From positions 256,001 through 320,000 of the forward strand of contig CAWAIF010000002.1 in assembly GCA_963782055.1 (NCBI GenBank): 64,000 bases of DNA. The letters run 5' to 3'. This document shows positions 1 to 10,338 of the stretch, piece by piece. The notes beneath the pieces are model-generated. The model was not told the origin of the DNA. It saw only the letters and a program-made list of their open reading frames with translations, and made no database searches. The translations under genes and the position numbers were made by a program. Positions within the stretch are counted from its first letter, which is position 1. Every line of letters starts with the position of its first letter. Origin of the DNA: an uncultured delta proteobacterium. GTDB lineage: Bacteria > Myxococcota_A > Polyangia > Polyangiales > Polyangiaceae.

Positions 1-483
1 GGAGAACTTGGTTCCGGTGACGAGCACACTGCATCCGCTCGGGCTCGTCCAGCCGCCCCCGAGCTGGCCATACTGCGACGCGTTCTGGCTGGTGCGCTGG
101 AAGGAGAAGGTCCTCTTGCACGTGTCGGCGCCGTCGAGCGTCGTCGCGTCGTTGCCGACGGTCGCCGCCAGGTGCGTCGTGCCGCTCTTGTCACACGGCC
201 CCGTGTAGCCCGTGAGGTCGATGGTGACGTCACCTCCGGAGATGACCATCGTCCCGGTTGTGTAGATGCCGGCGGTGAAGACGATGTCCCATGTGCCGTC
301 CAGCCCGGTGACGGAGCTCCCAGCGTCGGAGCCGGTCCCTCCGTCGGACCCCGGCGGCGGGTTGGACGAGCCCCCGTCCGAGCACGCTGCGAGGAGTCCA
401 AACGCGACCAGCATCCGGCCATGAGCGAAGTGGGTACGGCGTGGACGCGTCGCTGAGCGAAGAACTGAACGAGCCTCGAACAT
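1..483 (-). CDS. Putative lipoprotein, partial (runs off the left edge)
   Basis: Hand translation from ATG 483 (or 414): ...MLVAFGLLAACSDGGSSNPPPGSDGG...GTWDIVF; LAAC lipobox followed by a Gly/Ser linker; no stop before position 1. Confidence 0.7.
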   Translation of the reverse strand, partial: MFEARSVLRSATRPRRTHFAHGRMLVAFGLLAACSDGGSSNPPPGSDGGTGSDAGSSVTGLDGTWDIVFTAGIYTTGTMVISGGDVTIDLTGYTGPCDKSGTTHLAATVGNDATTLDGADTCKRTFSFQRTSQNASQYGQLGGGWTSPSGCSVLVTGTKFS

Positions 484-680
484 GGCGCATGCATATGCGA
501 GAAGTACCCAACTTTCAACTTCAATCTACAAGACGCTCGCGCGCCTAGAGCGCAGTGAGAAGACCGGGCTCGTCCGACCCGACCGGAGGTGCATCAAGCA
601 GGTGGCCGCGCTCCGGACGGGAGCGAGCACCGCCTGTCGTGCCGCGCCACGCGATCCGTCTGAACAACCGTGTTCCGTCG

Positions 681-762
681 TGCACGGGGCGGGACTCGAA
701 CCCGCAAGCCTCTCGGCGGTGGAACCTAAATCCACTGCGTCTGCCAGTTTCGCCACCCGTGC
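681..762 (-). tRNA. tRNA-Leu (anticodon TAG), CCA not encoded
   Basis: Reverse complement GCACGGGTGGCGAAACTGGCAGACGCAGTGGATTTAGGTTCCACCGCCGAGAGGCTTGCGGGTTCGAGTCCCGCCCCGTGCA: acceptor stem, D-loop TGG, anticodon arm GTGGA-TTTAGGT-TCCAC, long variable arm, GTTCGAG T-loop. Confidence 0.96.
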
Positions 763-926
763 ATGGCGCCTCGCGACGGACGGGGCATGCGGGCCGGATC
801 CGACGGGGAGCGCCGGCTGGCGAGCATAGAGCGGCGCCCCTCGACCTTCCAGGGCTGGAGTCCCGCGGTTCCTCCGACGGGACAGGACCCGACCCCGCGG
901 GCCAGCCCTATTTTCGCCGGCCCCCC

Positions 927-957
927 TTGACCTTCCCATCACTGGAACCCCCACATT
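927..957 (+). promoter_or_regulatory. MerR/CueR-type promoter with 19-bp spacer and CueR-box-like dyad
   Basis: TTGACC (927-932), 19 bp, CACATT (952-957); ACCTTCC-N7-GGAACCC resembles the CueR operator ACCTTCC-N7-GGAAGGT; directly upstream of cueR-copA. Confidence 0.8.
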
Positions 958-982
958 GGGGACGCACACAAGGAGCAGGCGC

Positions 983-1441
983 ATGAACATCGGCGACGCG
1001 GCGGCCCGCTCGGGGCTGCCGGCGAAGACCATCCGCTATTACGAGTCCATCGGCCTCATCCCCGCCGCGGCCCGCACCGCGAGCGGGTACCGGGACTACG
1101 GTCCGGACGACGTCCGCGCGCTGCGCTTCCTGCACCGCTCCCGGTCGCTCGGCTTCTCCATGGATCGCTGCCGCGAGCTGCTCGCCCTCTACCGTGACGA
1201 GGGGCGCGCCAGCGCGCGGGTGCGCGCCGTCGCGGCGAAGCACGTGGAGGAGATCACGCAGAAGATCGCGGCGCTGGAGGAGATGAAGTCCAGCCTGCAG
1301 GAGCTCATCGCGGAGTGCCGCGGGGACGAGCACCCGGAGTGCCCCATCCTGGAGACGCTCGCCGGCGAGCTGCCGGCGCCCTCGGGGGCCGCCAGGCCTG
1401 CTTTTCGCCGTCGCGCGGCACGGTCGGTGCGTCGGCGCTGA
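983..1441 (+). CDS. cueR: Cu(I)-responsive MerR-family regulator
   Basis: MNIGDAAARSGLPAKTIRYYESIGLI HTH; metal loop CRGDEHPECPIL; RBS AGGAG at 971. Confidence 0.92.
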   Translation: MNIGDAAARSGLPAKTIRYYESIGLIPAAARTASGYRDYGPDDVRALRFLHRSRSLGFSMDRCRELLALYRDEGRASARVRAVAAKHVEEITQKIAALEEMKSSLQELIAECRGDEHPECPILETLAGELPAPSGAARPAFRRRAARSVRRR

Positions 1442-1462
1442 GCGGCCACCAAAGGAGAACTC

Positions 1463-3973
1463 ATGGAACACGCCACCTCGCACGATCAGCCCGCCAAGCC
1501 TGCGCCCGCCGACGCGGTGATCGATCCCGTCTGCGGGATGACGGTGCGGGATCCGTCGAAGCACCGGCTGGAGCACGAGGGGAAGAGCTACTCCTTCTGC
1601 TGCGGCGGATGCCTGGCGAAGTTCCAGGCGGACCCCGGGAAGTACCTCAAGAAGAAGGGCGAGGGGCAGCACGGGCACGCGCACGGGGACGGGGACGGGC
1701 ACGGGCACCGACACCGGAAGGGGGAGGCGGGCGCGTACGTGTGCCCGATGGACCCGGAGGTGCACGAGGCGGCGGCGGGGAGCTGCCCGAAGTGCGGGAT
1801 GGCGCTGGAGCGCGCGATGGCCGCCCCGACGACGCGCGTCGAGTGGACCTGTCCGATGCACCCGGAGGTGGTGAGCGATCACCCCGGGAGCTGTCCGAAG
1901 TGTGGGATGGCGCTGGAGCGCCGCACGGTGACCGAGGAGGCGCCGGAGGACGACAGCGAGCTGCGATCGATGCGACTGCGCTTCTGGGTGTCGGTCGCCT
2001 TCGCCGCCCCGCTGGTCGCCATCTCGATGGGGGACATGCTGCCCGGGCATCCCGTCTCCAGCCTGCTCTCGCCGCGCGCGCGCACCTGGATCGAGCTCGC
2101 CCTCGCGACGCCGGTGTGCACCTGGGCGGCGTGGCCCTTCTACGTGCGCGCGGTGCGCTCCGTCATCCACCGCAGCCTCAACATGTTCACCCTCATCGGG
2201 CTGGGTGTGACGGTCTCCTTCGTCTACAGCCTGGTGGCGGCGTTCGCGCCCGGAATCTTCCCGGCGGCGTTCCGCGGACCCTCGGGGGAGGTGGCGGTGT
2301 ACTTCGAGGCGTCCGGCGTCATCGTGGCGCTCATCCTGCTGGGGCAGGTGCTCGAGCTGCGCGCGCGCAGCCACACCAACGCGGCGGTGAAGGGCCTGCT
2401 CGGGATGGCGGCGAAGTCGGCGCGCCGCATCAGGGAGGACGGCACCGACGAGGACGTGCCTCTCCAGGAGGTGCACCCAGGCGACAAGTTGCGCGTGCGA
2501 CCCGGCGAGAAGGTGCCCGTCGACGGGGTGGTGCTGGAGGGGGAGAGCAGCGTGGACGAGTCGATGGTGAGCGGCGAGCCGGTGCCGGTCACCAAGGCGA
2601 AGGGCGACCAGGTGGTGGGCGCCACCATCAACGGGACCGGCGCGCTGGTGATGCGCGCGGAGAAGGTGGGATCGGAGACGCTGCTGGCGCGCATCGTGGC
2701 GATGGTGGCGGAGGCGCAGCGCAGCCGCGCGCCCATCCAGCGGCTGGCGGACGTGGTGGCGGGCTGGTTCGTCCCGACGGTGGTGACGGCGTCGGTGATC
2801 ACCTTCGTGGTGTGGGCGCTCGTCGGTCCGGAGCCGCGCATGGCGCACGCCGTCGTCAACGCGGTCGCGGTGCTCATCATCGCGTGCCCGTGCGCGCTCG
2901 GCCTGGCGACGCCCATGTCCATCATGGTGGCGAGCGGCAAGGGTGCGACGCTGGGTGTCCTCTTCAAGAACGCCGAGGCGATCGAGGTCCTGGAGAAGGT
3001 GGACACCCTGGTGGTGGACAAGACAGGCACCCTGACCGAGGGCAGGCCGCGCCTTCAGAGCGTCGTCGCGGCAGAGGGCTTCCAGGAAGAGGAGCTGCTC
3101 CGGCTCGCCGCGTCGCTGGAGCGCGCGAGCGAGCACCCGCTCGCCGAGGCGGTGGTCCGGGGGGCCGCCGAGCGCGAGGTAGGGCTCGCGGAGGCGATCG
3201 ACTTCTCCTCCGCGACGGGCAAGGGCGTGCGGGGCAGGGTGGACGGCCGCGAGGTGGCGCTGGGGACCCGCGAGTGGCTCGCCAGCCTGGGCGCGAAGGA
3301 CGACACGCTGGACGCGCGCGCGGAGGAGCTGCGCGCGAAGGGGCAGACGGTGGTGCTGGTCGCCGTCGACCGCGAGCTCGCGGGCCTGGTGGCGGTGGCG
3401 GACCCGATCAAGGAGGGCACGCCGGAGGCGATCCGCGCGCTGCACGCGGAGGGGCTGCGGGTCGTGATGCTCACCGGCGACAGCGCCACCACCGCGCGCG
3501 CCGTGGCCGGGGAGCTCGGCATCGACGAGGTGATGGCGGAGGTCCTGCCCGATCAGAAGGCGGAGAAGGTGAAGGCGCTCCAGAAGGAGGGGCACATCGT
3601 GGCGATGGCGGGCGACGGCATCAACGACGCGCCGGCGCTGGCGCAGGCGGAGGTGGGGATCGCGATGGGCACCGGCACCGACGTGGCGATGGAGAGCGCG
3701 GGCATCACCCTGGTGAAGGGCGACCTGCGCGCCATCGTGCGGGCGCGCATCCTCTCTCGCAAGACGATGGCCAACATCAAGCAGAACCTCTTCTTCGCCT
3801 TCGTCTACAACTCGGTGGGCGTGCCGGTGGCGGCGGGCGCCCTGTATCCCTTCTTCGGGCTGCTGCTCAGCCCGGTCATCGCCGCCGGCGCGATGAGCTT
3901 CAGCTCGGTGTCGGTCATCTCCAACGCCCTGCGGCTCCGCTCGGCGAAGATCGGCGTGGGCGCCGCCGGTTGA
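1463..3973 (+). CDS. copA: Copper-translocating P1B-type ATPase
   Basis: YHS-like DPVCGM...YSFCCGGC, His-rich linker, two CPMx[14 protein letters not shown] units, [27 protein letters not shown] and MSFSS motifs. Confidence 0.95.
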   Translation: MEHATSHDQPAKPAPADAVIDPVCGMTVRDPSKHRLEHEGKSYSFCCGGCLAKFQADPGKYLKKKGEGQHGHAHGDGDGHGHRHRKGEAGAYVCPMDPEVHEAAAGSCPKCGMALERAMAAPTTRVEWTCPMHPEVVSDHPGSCPKCGMALERRTVTEEAPEDDSELRSMRLRFWVSVAFAAPLVAISMGDMLPGHPVSSLLSPRARTWIELALATPVCTWAAWPFYVRAVRSVIHRSLNMFTLIGLGVTVSFVYSLVAAFAPGIFPAAFRGPSGEVAVYFEASGVIVALILLGQVLELRARSHTNAAVKGLLGMAAKSARRIREDGTDEDVPLQEVHPGDKLRVRPGEKVPVDGVVLEGESSVDESMVSGEPVPVTKAKGDQVVGATINGTGALVMRAEKVGSETLLARIVAMVAEAQRSRAPIQRLADVVAGWFVPTVVTASVITFVVWALVGPEPRMAHAVVNAVAVLIIACPCALGLATPMSIMVASGKGATLGVLFKNAEAIEVLEKVDTLVVDKTGTLTEGRPRLQSVVAAEGFQEEELLRLAASLERASEHPLAEAVVRGAAEREVGLAEAIDFSSATGKGVRGRVDGREVALGTREWLASLGAKDDTLDARAEELRAKGQTVVLVAVDRELAGLVAVADPIKEGTPEAIRALHAEGLRVVMLTGDSATTARAVAGELGIDEVMAEVLPDQKAEKVKALQKEGHIVAMAGDGINDAPALAQAEVGIAMGTGTDVAMESAGITLVKGDLRAIVRARILSRKTMANIKQNLFFAFVYNSVGVPVAAGALYPFFGLLLSPVIAAGAMSFSSVSVISNALRLRSAKIGVGAAG

Positions 3974-4004
3974 ATGGCCCCCGCGAGAGTGTAGGCTGCC
4001 GCGC

Positions 4005-5171
4005 ATGAAGGCGCGCCCCCTGCTGATGATCCCGGGTCCCATCGATCTCGAGCCGGCGGTGATGGAGGCGATGGCCCGCCCGCCGAAGAGCCACCTGGAT
4101 CCCGGCTTCGTCGCGGCGTTCTCCCGCGTGCTCGCCGGGCTGCGGCTGGTGTTCATGGCGCCGGAGGCGCAGCCCTTCGTCGTCGCCGGGAGCGGGACGC
4201 TCGCGATGGAGATGGCCGTCGCCAACGTGATCGAGCCGGGGGATCGCGCGGTGGTGGTCGACACCGGGTACTTCAGCGCGCGCATGGCCGCGATCCTGGA
4301 GCGCCACGGGGCGAAGGTGACGCGCGTGGGCGCCCCGCTCGGCGCGGCGCCCTCCCTCGACGAGGTGGAGCGCGCCGTCGCCTCGGCGAAGCCGAAGGTG
4401 GTCACGGTGACCCACGTGGACACCTCCACCGCGGTGCTCGCGCCGGTGGAGGGCGTCGCGAAGATCGCCGGCACGCACGGCGTCCTCTCCATCGTCGACG
4501 GCGTGTGCTCGGTCGGCGGAGAGTCGCTGCGGATGGGCGACTGGGGCGTCGACGTGGCGCTCACCGCCAGCCAGAAGGCGCTCGGCGCCCCGCCGGGGCT
4601 CGCCGTGGTGATGACCTCGAAGCGCGCGATGGATACCTGGCGCGCCCGCAAGACGAAGGTCGGCTCGTACTACGCCGACTTCGCCGAGTGGCTGCCCATC
4701 ATGGAGGCGTACGAGGGGCGCAAGAACATGTACTTCGCGACGCCGCCGGTGCAGCTCGTGGAGGCGCTGGATGCCAGCGTCGCAAGCCTCCTCGCCGAGG
4801 GGATGGTCGCGCGCGTCGCCCGGCACGCGCGCGTCGCCCGCGCCTTCCGCGCCGCGTGGCAGGCGATGAACCTGCGGATGCTCCCGGCGTCGGAGGACGT
4901 GGCCGCGCACACCCTGAGCGCGGTCACCTACCCCGACGGCGTCGACGCCTCGCTCGTCGGGCGCATCGGCGAGGAGGGCGCCATCGTCGCCGGCGGCCTC
5001 CACCCCGACGCGCGGGCGAAGTACTTCCGCGTCGGTCACATGGGGGCGACCGGCGCGCACGAGGTGCTCGCGACGGTCGGCGCCATCGAGCGCGCCCTGC
5101 ACGCGAAGGGCTGGCGCCCCGGCGCGATGGGCAGCGCGGTCGCCGCGGCGGCCGAGTCGATCGGGCAATAG
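4005..5171 (+). CDS. Class V PLP aminotransferase (alanine-glyoxylate/serine-pyruvate family)
   Basis: LLMIPGP, GSGTLAME, HVDTST, DGVCS, SQKAL (PLP lysine), FRVGHMG. Confidence 0.9.
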   Translation: MKARPLLMIPGPIDLEPAVMEAMARPPKSHLDPGFVAAFSRVLAGLRLVFMAPEAQPFVVAGSGTLAMEMAVANVIEPGDRAVVVDTGYFSARMAAILERHGAKVTRVGAPLGAAPSLDEVERAVASAKPKVVTVTHVDTSTAVLAPVEGVAKIAGTHGVLSIVDGVCSVGGESLRMGDWGVDVALTASQKALGAPPGLAVVMTSKRAMDTWRARKTKVGSYYADFAEWLPIMEAYEGRKNMYFATPPVQLVEALDASVASLLAEGMVARVARHARVARAFRAAWQAMNLRMLPASEDVAAHTLSAVTYPDGVDASLVGRIGEEGAIVAGGLHPDARAKYFRVGHMGATGAHEVLATVGAIERALHAKGWRPGAMGSAVAAAAESIGQ

Positions 5172-5181
5172 AGGGGCAGCC

Positions 5182-6335
5182 CTACTTCTCCGGCCCGATC
5201 TCCACCTGCCCGTACGCGTAGGTGATGTCGCGCGCGTACAGCCCGCCCTTCGACCGCAGGCCGCGCACCCGGATGTGCGGCGCCGACCCGGCGACCGCCA
5301 TCTCGCTGATCCCCACGTCCACCTGCACGCCGGCGAGCACCTGGTCGTGGTCCTTCTCCGCGCGGAAGACCACCAGCGCGCAGCCGATGGGGCGCCCCTT
5401 CTGGAACTCGGCGCACCCGCTGGAGACCGTCAGCACCTCGTTGGGGACCGGGCGCCACGTCCAGGCGCTCGTCACGTGGAAGGCGCCGTTGTCCGGGATG
5501 CTCACGCCCTTCAGCGAGCGCGCCGCCTTGCCGATGCGCGCGGCGCTGGACTTCCGCATCGGCTGCAGGGCGCGCCCTGAGGTGAGCTTCAGGTCCACCG
5601 TCGCCGGGTTGACCTCGCCCTTGCAGCAGCGCAGTCCCATCGTCGGGGCCTTCTTCGTCGGTTCGCGGCCAATCCCGTTGGCGCAGCGACCCACCAGCTC
5701 CCCGGCGACCGCGTTGCCGCCGCGCAGTACTCCGAGCGACTTGGTGTGACCACGCCCCCAGCTCGAGCTGGTCCACTCCCAGACGCCGCCGTGCATCTCC
5801 TGGACGCCGAAGCGGCTCTTGCAGGCGGCGCGATCGCCGCTCGGCCGGCGCGCCGCCTCCTCCGCCGAGACGCCCGTGCCGCACTTGTCGGCGCGGTAGG
5901 CCTCGCCGTACTCGTACATCGTGTTCTTCGGGCCCTTGCACGCGCGCTCCCACTCCAGCTCGGTGCACAGGCGCTTGCCCTTGCTCGCGCACAGCTCCGC
6001 CGCCTCGTCGCGCGAGACGTTGGACGTCGGGATGGCGCCGCTCTCGTTGGGGTAGGGCAACAGGTCGATGTAGAAGCCGCCCATCTTCACGGGCGTGCCC
6101 GCCAGCTCCTCCTCGGCGATGCGCGGCACCGCGTCCACCGGCGTGCCCGCCACCATCGTCCCAGACGGGATCCACGCCATCCCCGGCTCGGCCGGGGGCC
6201 CCGCCTCGGGAAGGGGGAGGGGTGGGAGCCCGGCGGACGCGTCGAGCACCGTCTCCGGTGTCGCGTCACCGCCGGCGTCGCCATGCGAGCAGCCCCCGCA
6301 CCCCGTCACGAATGCGGCGAGCAGCGCGACGAACC

Positions 6336-6339
<4 letters not shown>
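5182..6339 (-). CDS. FGE-sulfatase (SUMF1/EgtB/PvdO) domain lipoprotein
   Basis: Lipobox [42 protein letters not shown] start overlaps the upstream stop. Confidence 0.8.
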
Positions 6340-7757
<1,418 letters not shown>

Positions 7758-7829
7758 GGCCCGGCCATCCTACCACCAAAGCCCGAGCGTCGCGGTCAAC
7801 CCGGCTGCCGGCGCCCCGTCACGGAAGCG

Positions 7830-8963
7830 CTAGAGCGAGGCCTCGTAGAGGGCGGCGAGATCCGCCTCGGTGCACGGGCGCGGGTTGGACTTGTGGCACG
7901 CGTCCTGGATGGCCTTGCTGGCCAGCTTGGGGATGTCCGCCTTGGTGACGCCCTCGGCGCCCAGGCCGCCGGGGAGGCCGAGGCGCACGCGCAGATCGCG
8001 CAGCGCCGAGGCGCACGAGGTGGCCTTCGGGTCCAGGATGCCGCGGATGCGGTCGAGCTTGGCGTGGATGGTGCCCTCGTTGAACTCGACGACCGCCGGC
8101 AGGCAGAGCGCGTTGGCGAGGCCGTGGTGCAGTCCCTTCTCGCTGGAGAGCGGGTGGGCCAGCGAGTGGCAAGCGCCGAGGCCCTTCTGGAAGGCGACGG
8201 CGCCCATCATCGCGGCCTTCATCATGCCGCCGCGCGCGTCCAGGTCGTCGCCGTGCGACACCGCGCGAGCCAGGTGCGCGGCGCACAGCTCCAGTCCGCC
8301 CAGCGCGATGGCGTCGGCCATCGGGTGATCGCCCAGCGAGCAGTACGCCTCCAGGCAGTGGGTGAGGGCGTCGAAGCCGGTGGCCGCGGTGACGCGCGCG
8401 GGCATGGACCGGGTGAGCTCGGGATCCAGGATGGCGACCTTCGCCAGCAGGTGCGGGCTGAAGATGACCGTCTTGCGGCCGTTGGCGGCGAGGGTGACCA
8501 CGCCGGAGCGGCCGACCTCGCTGCCGGTGCCCGCGGTGGTGGGGATGGCGACGATGGGCGGCACGTCGGCTGTGATGAACTGGTCACCGCCGGTGGCGTC
8601 GTCGTAGTCGACGAGCGGCCGGTCGTGCGTGGCCTTCAGGGCGACCAGCTTGGCGGCGTCCAGCGGGGAGCCCCCGCCGACCGCGACGAGGAAGTCCGCG
8701 CCGGACTGCCGGTAGGCCGCCACGCCGTCGCTGACGTTCTTCTCCACCGGGTTGGGGTCGACGCCGTCGAAGACGGTGAAGCCGAGCCCCGACTTCGCCA
8801 GGGCGCCGGTGACCTTGTCGGTGATCCCCGCCTTGCGCACGCCCGGATCGCACACGACGAGCGCGTGCTTCTTCCCGAGCCGCGCGGCGTGATCCCCCAG
8901 CGTGGAGAGGGAGCCGTTGCCGAAGACGATGGTGGTGGGAAAGGACCAGGTGACGGTGGCCAT
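7830..8963 (-). CDS. Iron-containing alcohol dehydrogenase
   Basis: GGGSPLD, PTTAGTGSE, DALTHCLE, HSLAH, HHGLANA. Confidence 0.93.
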   Translation of the reverse strand: MATVTWSFPTTIVFGNGSLSTLGDHAARLGKKHALVVCDPGVRKAGITDKVTGALAKSGLGFTVFDGVDPNPVEKNVSDGVAAYRQSGADFLVAVGGGSPLDAAKLVALKATHDRPLVDYDDATGGDQFITADVPPIVAIPTTAGTGSEVGRSGVVTLAANGRKTVIFSPHLLAKVAILDPELTRSMPARVTAATGFDALTHCLEAYCSLGDHPMADAIALGGLELCAAHLARAVSHGDDLDARGGMMKAAMMGAVAFQKGLGACHSLAHPLSSEKGLHHGLANALCLPAVVEFNEGTIHAKLDRIRGILDPKATSCASALRDLRVRLGLPGGLGAEGVTKADIPKLASKAIQDACHKSNPRPCTEADLAALYEASL

Positions 8964-8997
8964 GGCCGGACGCTAGCACCGAGCGTCGGCCGGAGCA

Positions 8998-10278
8998 TCA
9001 CCCGCCCGGGGTGCAGATCGGGACGCCGTCGGCGGTGTTGCCGGCCTTGGCGAAGGAGCCGCAGTCGTGGTCGCCGGAGGAGATGGCCCCGAGCTTGCCC
9101 ATCTTGAAGCTGTTGTTGGCGACGGTGACCTTCCCTTCGGCGTCCTTGGCGTTGGCGTCGTAGAACGTGATGGCGCCATTCGCCCCGTTGCTGCTGCTGC
9201 CGAAGTACTCGAACTTGCAGTTCTCGATGCGGGTGCCGTTGGCCTTGGGGTACAGGAAGATGCTCTGCCAGTCGCCGGGGGCGGGCGCGGGCGAGCCGCT
9301 GGTGAAGGTGACGTTCTTGGCGATGAGGGACCCGCCGCTGTCCTCGCCCACCTCGATGTCGCTGCCCGGAGCCATCTTGAGCACCGACATGGGCGCGATG
9401 GTCCAGACGGGGGCGGTGTTGTCGGAGCGGACCTTGATGCTCCCGTCCACCAGGATGGGCACGCCCACGTTCGGCCAGGCGATGCTCTCGTCGATGCGAC
9501 CGTCCTTGACGTGGATGGGGTCGTTCCACTTGTTGTTCGGGCTGACCGACCCGAGCGTCATCGGCGAGACGTCCGCCGAGCCCTTCGCGTTCTCGCTGAG
9601 CGTGTTGTTGTCGAACTTGGCGAAGGTCCCGTTGTTGGCGGTGTCGATGCCGAACTGGCCGCTCTTGCGGATGATGGAGTTGGTGATGGAGACGCGCTTG
9701 CCCTGGCGCATGTCCTTGAGCTGGATGGCGGCCACGCCGTTGCTGTTCTTGCTGCCGGCGTACTCGATGGTCAGGTGATCGAGGGAGGTGCCCGCCATCG
9801 TCTTCTCCTCGAAGCCAATGCCCACCCAGTCGCCCGGCCCCGGAGACTTGTTGGAGGAGGTGAAGACCACCGGGTCCTTGTCGGTGCCCTTGACGACCAG
9901 CTTGCCATAGTCGACCCAGATGTAGTTGTCGGTGTCGAAGGCGACGTGCACGCCCTCCTCGAAGGTGACGGTGGCGCCCTCGTCCACGTTGATGATGTGG
10001 TCGGCGACGACCTTGCAGCCCTTGGTGAAGGTGACGTCTCCCTTGACGGTGCTGTCCTTCGGCCACTCGCACCCCTTCACCGGCTTGGGGGTGTCGTCCG
10101 CGGGCTTGCTGCCGTTGTCGCTGGTGGTGTCGTTGCCCGAGCCGGAGGAGCCGGAGGACCCCGACGATCCCGAGGACTCCGTCTTGTCCTCCGACTTGTC
10201 CTTCTTCTTGAGGAACTTGCAGCCGGTGACGGAGGAGAGCACCAGGCCAGAAGCGACGAGCAGCGTGAGGTTTCGCAT
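8998..10278 (-). CDS. Lipoprotein with probable right-handed beta-helix repeats
   Basis: MRNLTLLVASGLVLSSVTGC lipobox, Ser/Gly linker, duplicated FTS...PGDW.gI...IEY.G modules; start taken at ATG 10278. Confidence 0.7.
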   Translation of the reverse strand: MRNLTLLVASGLVLSSVTGCKFLKKKDKSEDKTESSGSSGSSGSSGSGNDTTSDNGSKPADDTPKPVKGCEWPKDSTVKGDVTFTKGCKVVADHIINVDEGATVTFEEGVHVAFDTDNYIWVDYGKLVVKGTDKDPVVFTSSNKSPGPGDWVGIGFEEKTMAGTSLDHLTIEYAGSKNSNGVAAIQLKDMRQGKRVSITNSIIRKSGQFGIDTANNGTFAKFDNNTLSENAKGSADVSPMTLGSVSPNNKWNDPIHVKDGRIDESIAWPNVGVPILVDGSIKVRSDNTAPVWTIAPMSVLKMAPGSDIEVGEDSGGSLIAKNVTFTSGSPAPAPGDWQSIFLYPKANGTRIENCKFEYFGSSSNGANGAITFYDANAKDAEGKVTVANNSFKMGKLGAISSGDHDCGSFAKAGNTADGVPICTPGG

Positions 10279-10338
10279 GGGGCCGACTTGTACACGAAGC
10301 ACCCGCCTTCGCGTAGAGGCAGGATGCCCCTCCCCCCG

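Noticed and set aside
841..863. Second CueR-box-like sequence TCGACCTTCC-AGGGCT-GGAGTC
   Set aside because: Spacer is 6 rather than 7, the right arm is degenerate and there is no -10 element at 19 bp
908..4651. Very long alternative-frame and antisense ORFs (e.g. 908-4651, 8636-12325, 10984-14220, 57016-60207)
   Set aside because: Shadow ORFs typical of high-GC DNA: Arg/Ala/Gly/Pro-rich, no motifs, and overlapping clearly identifiable genes
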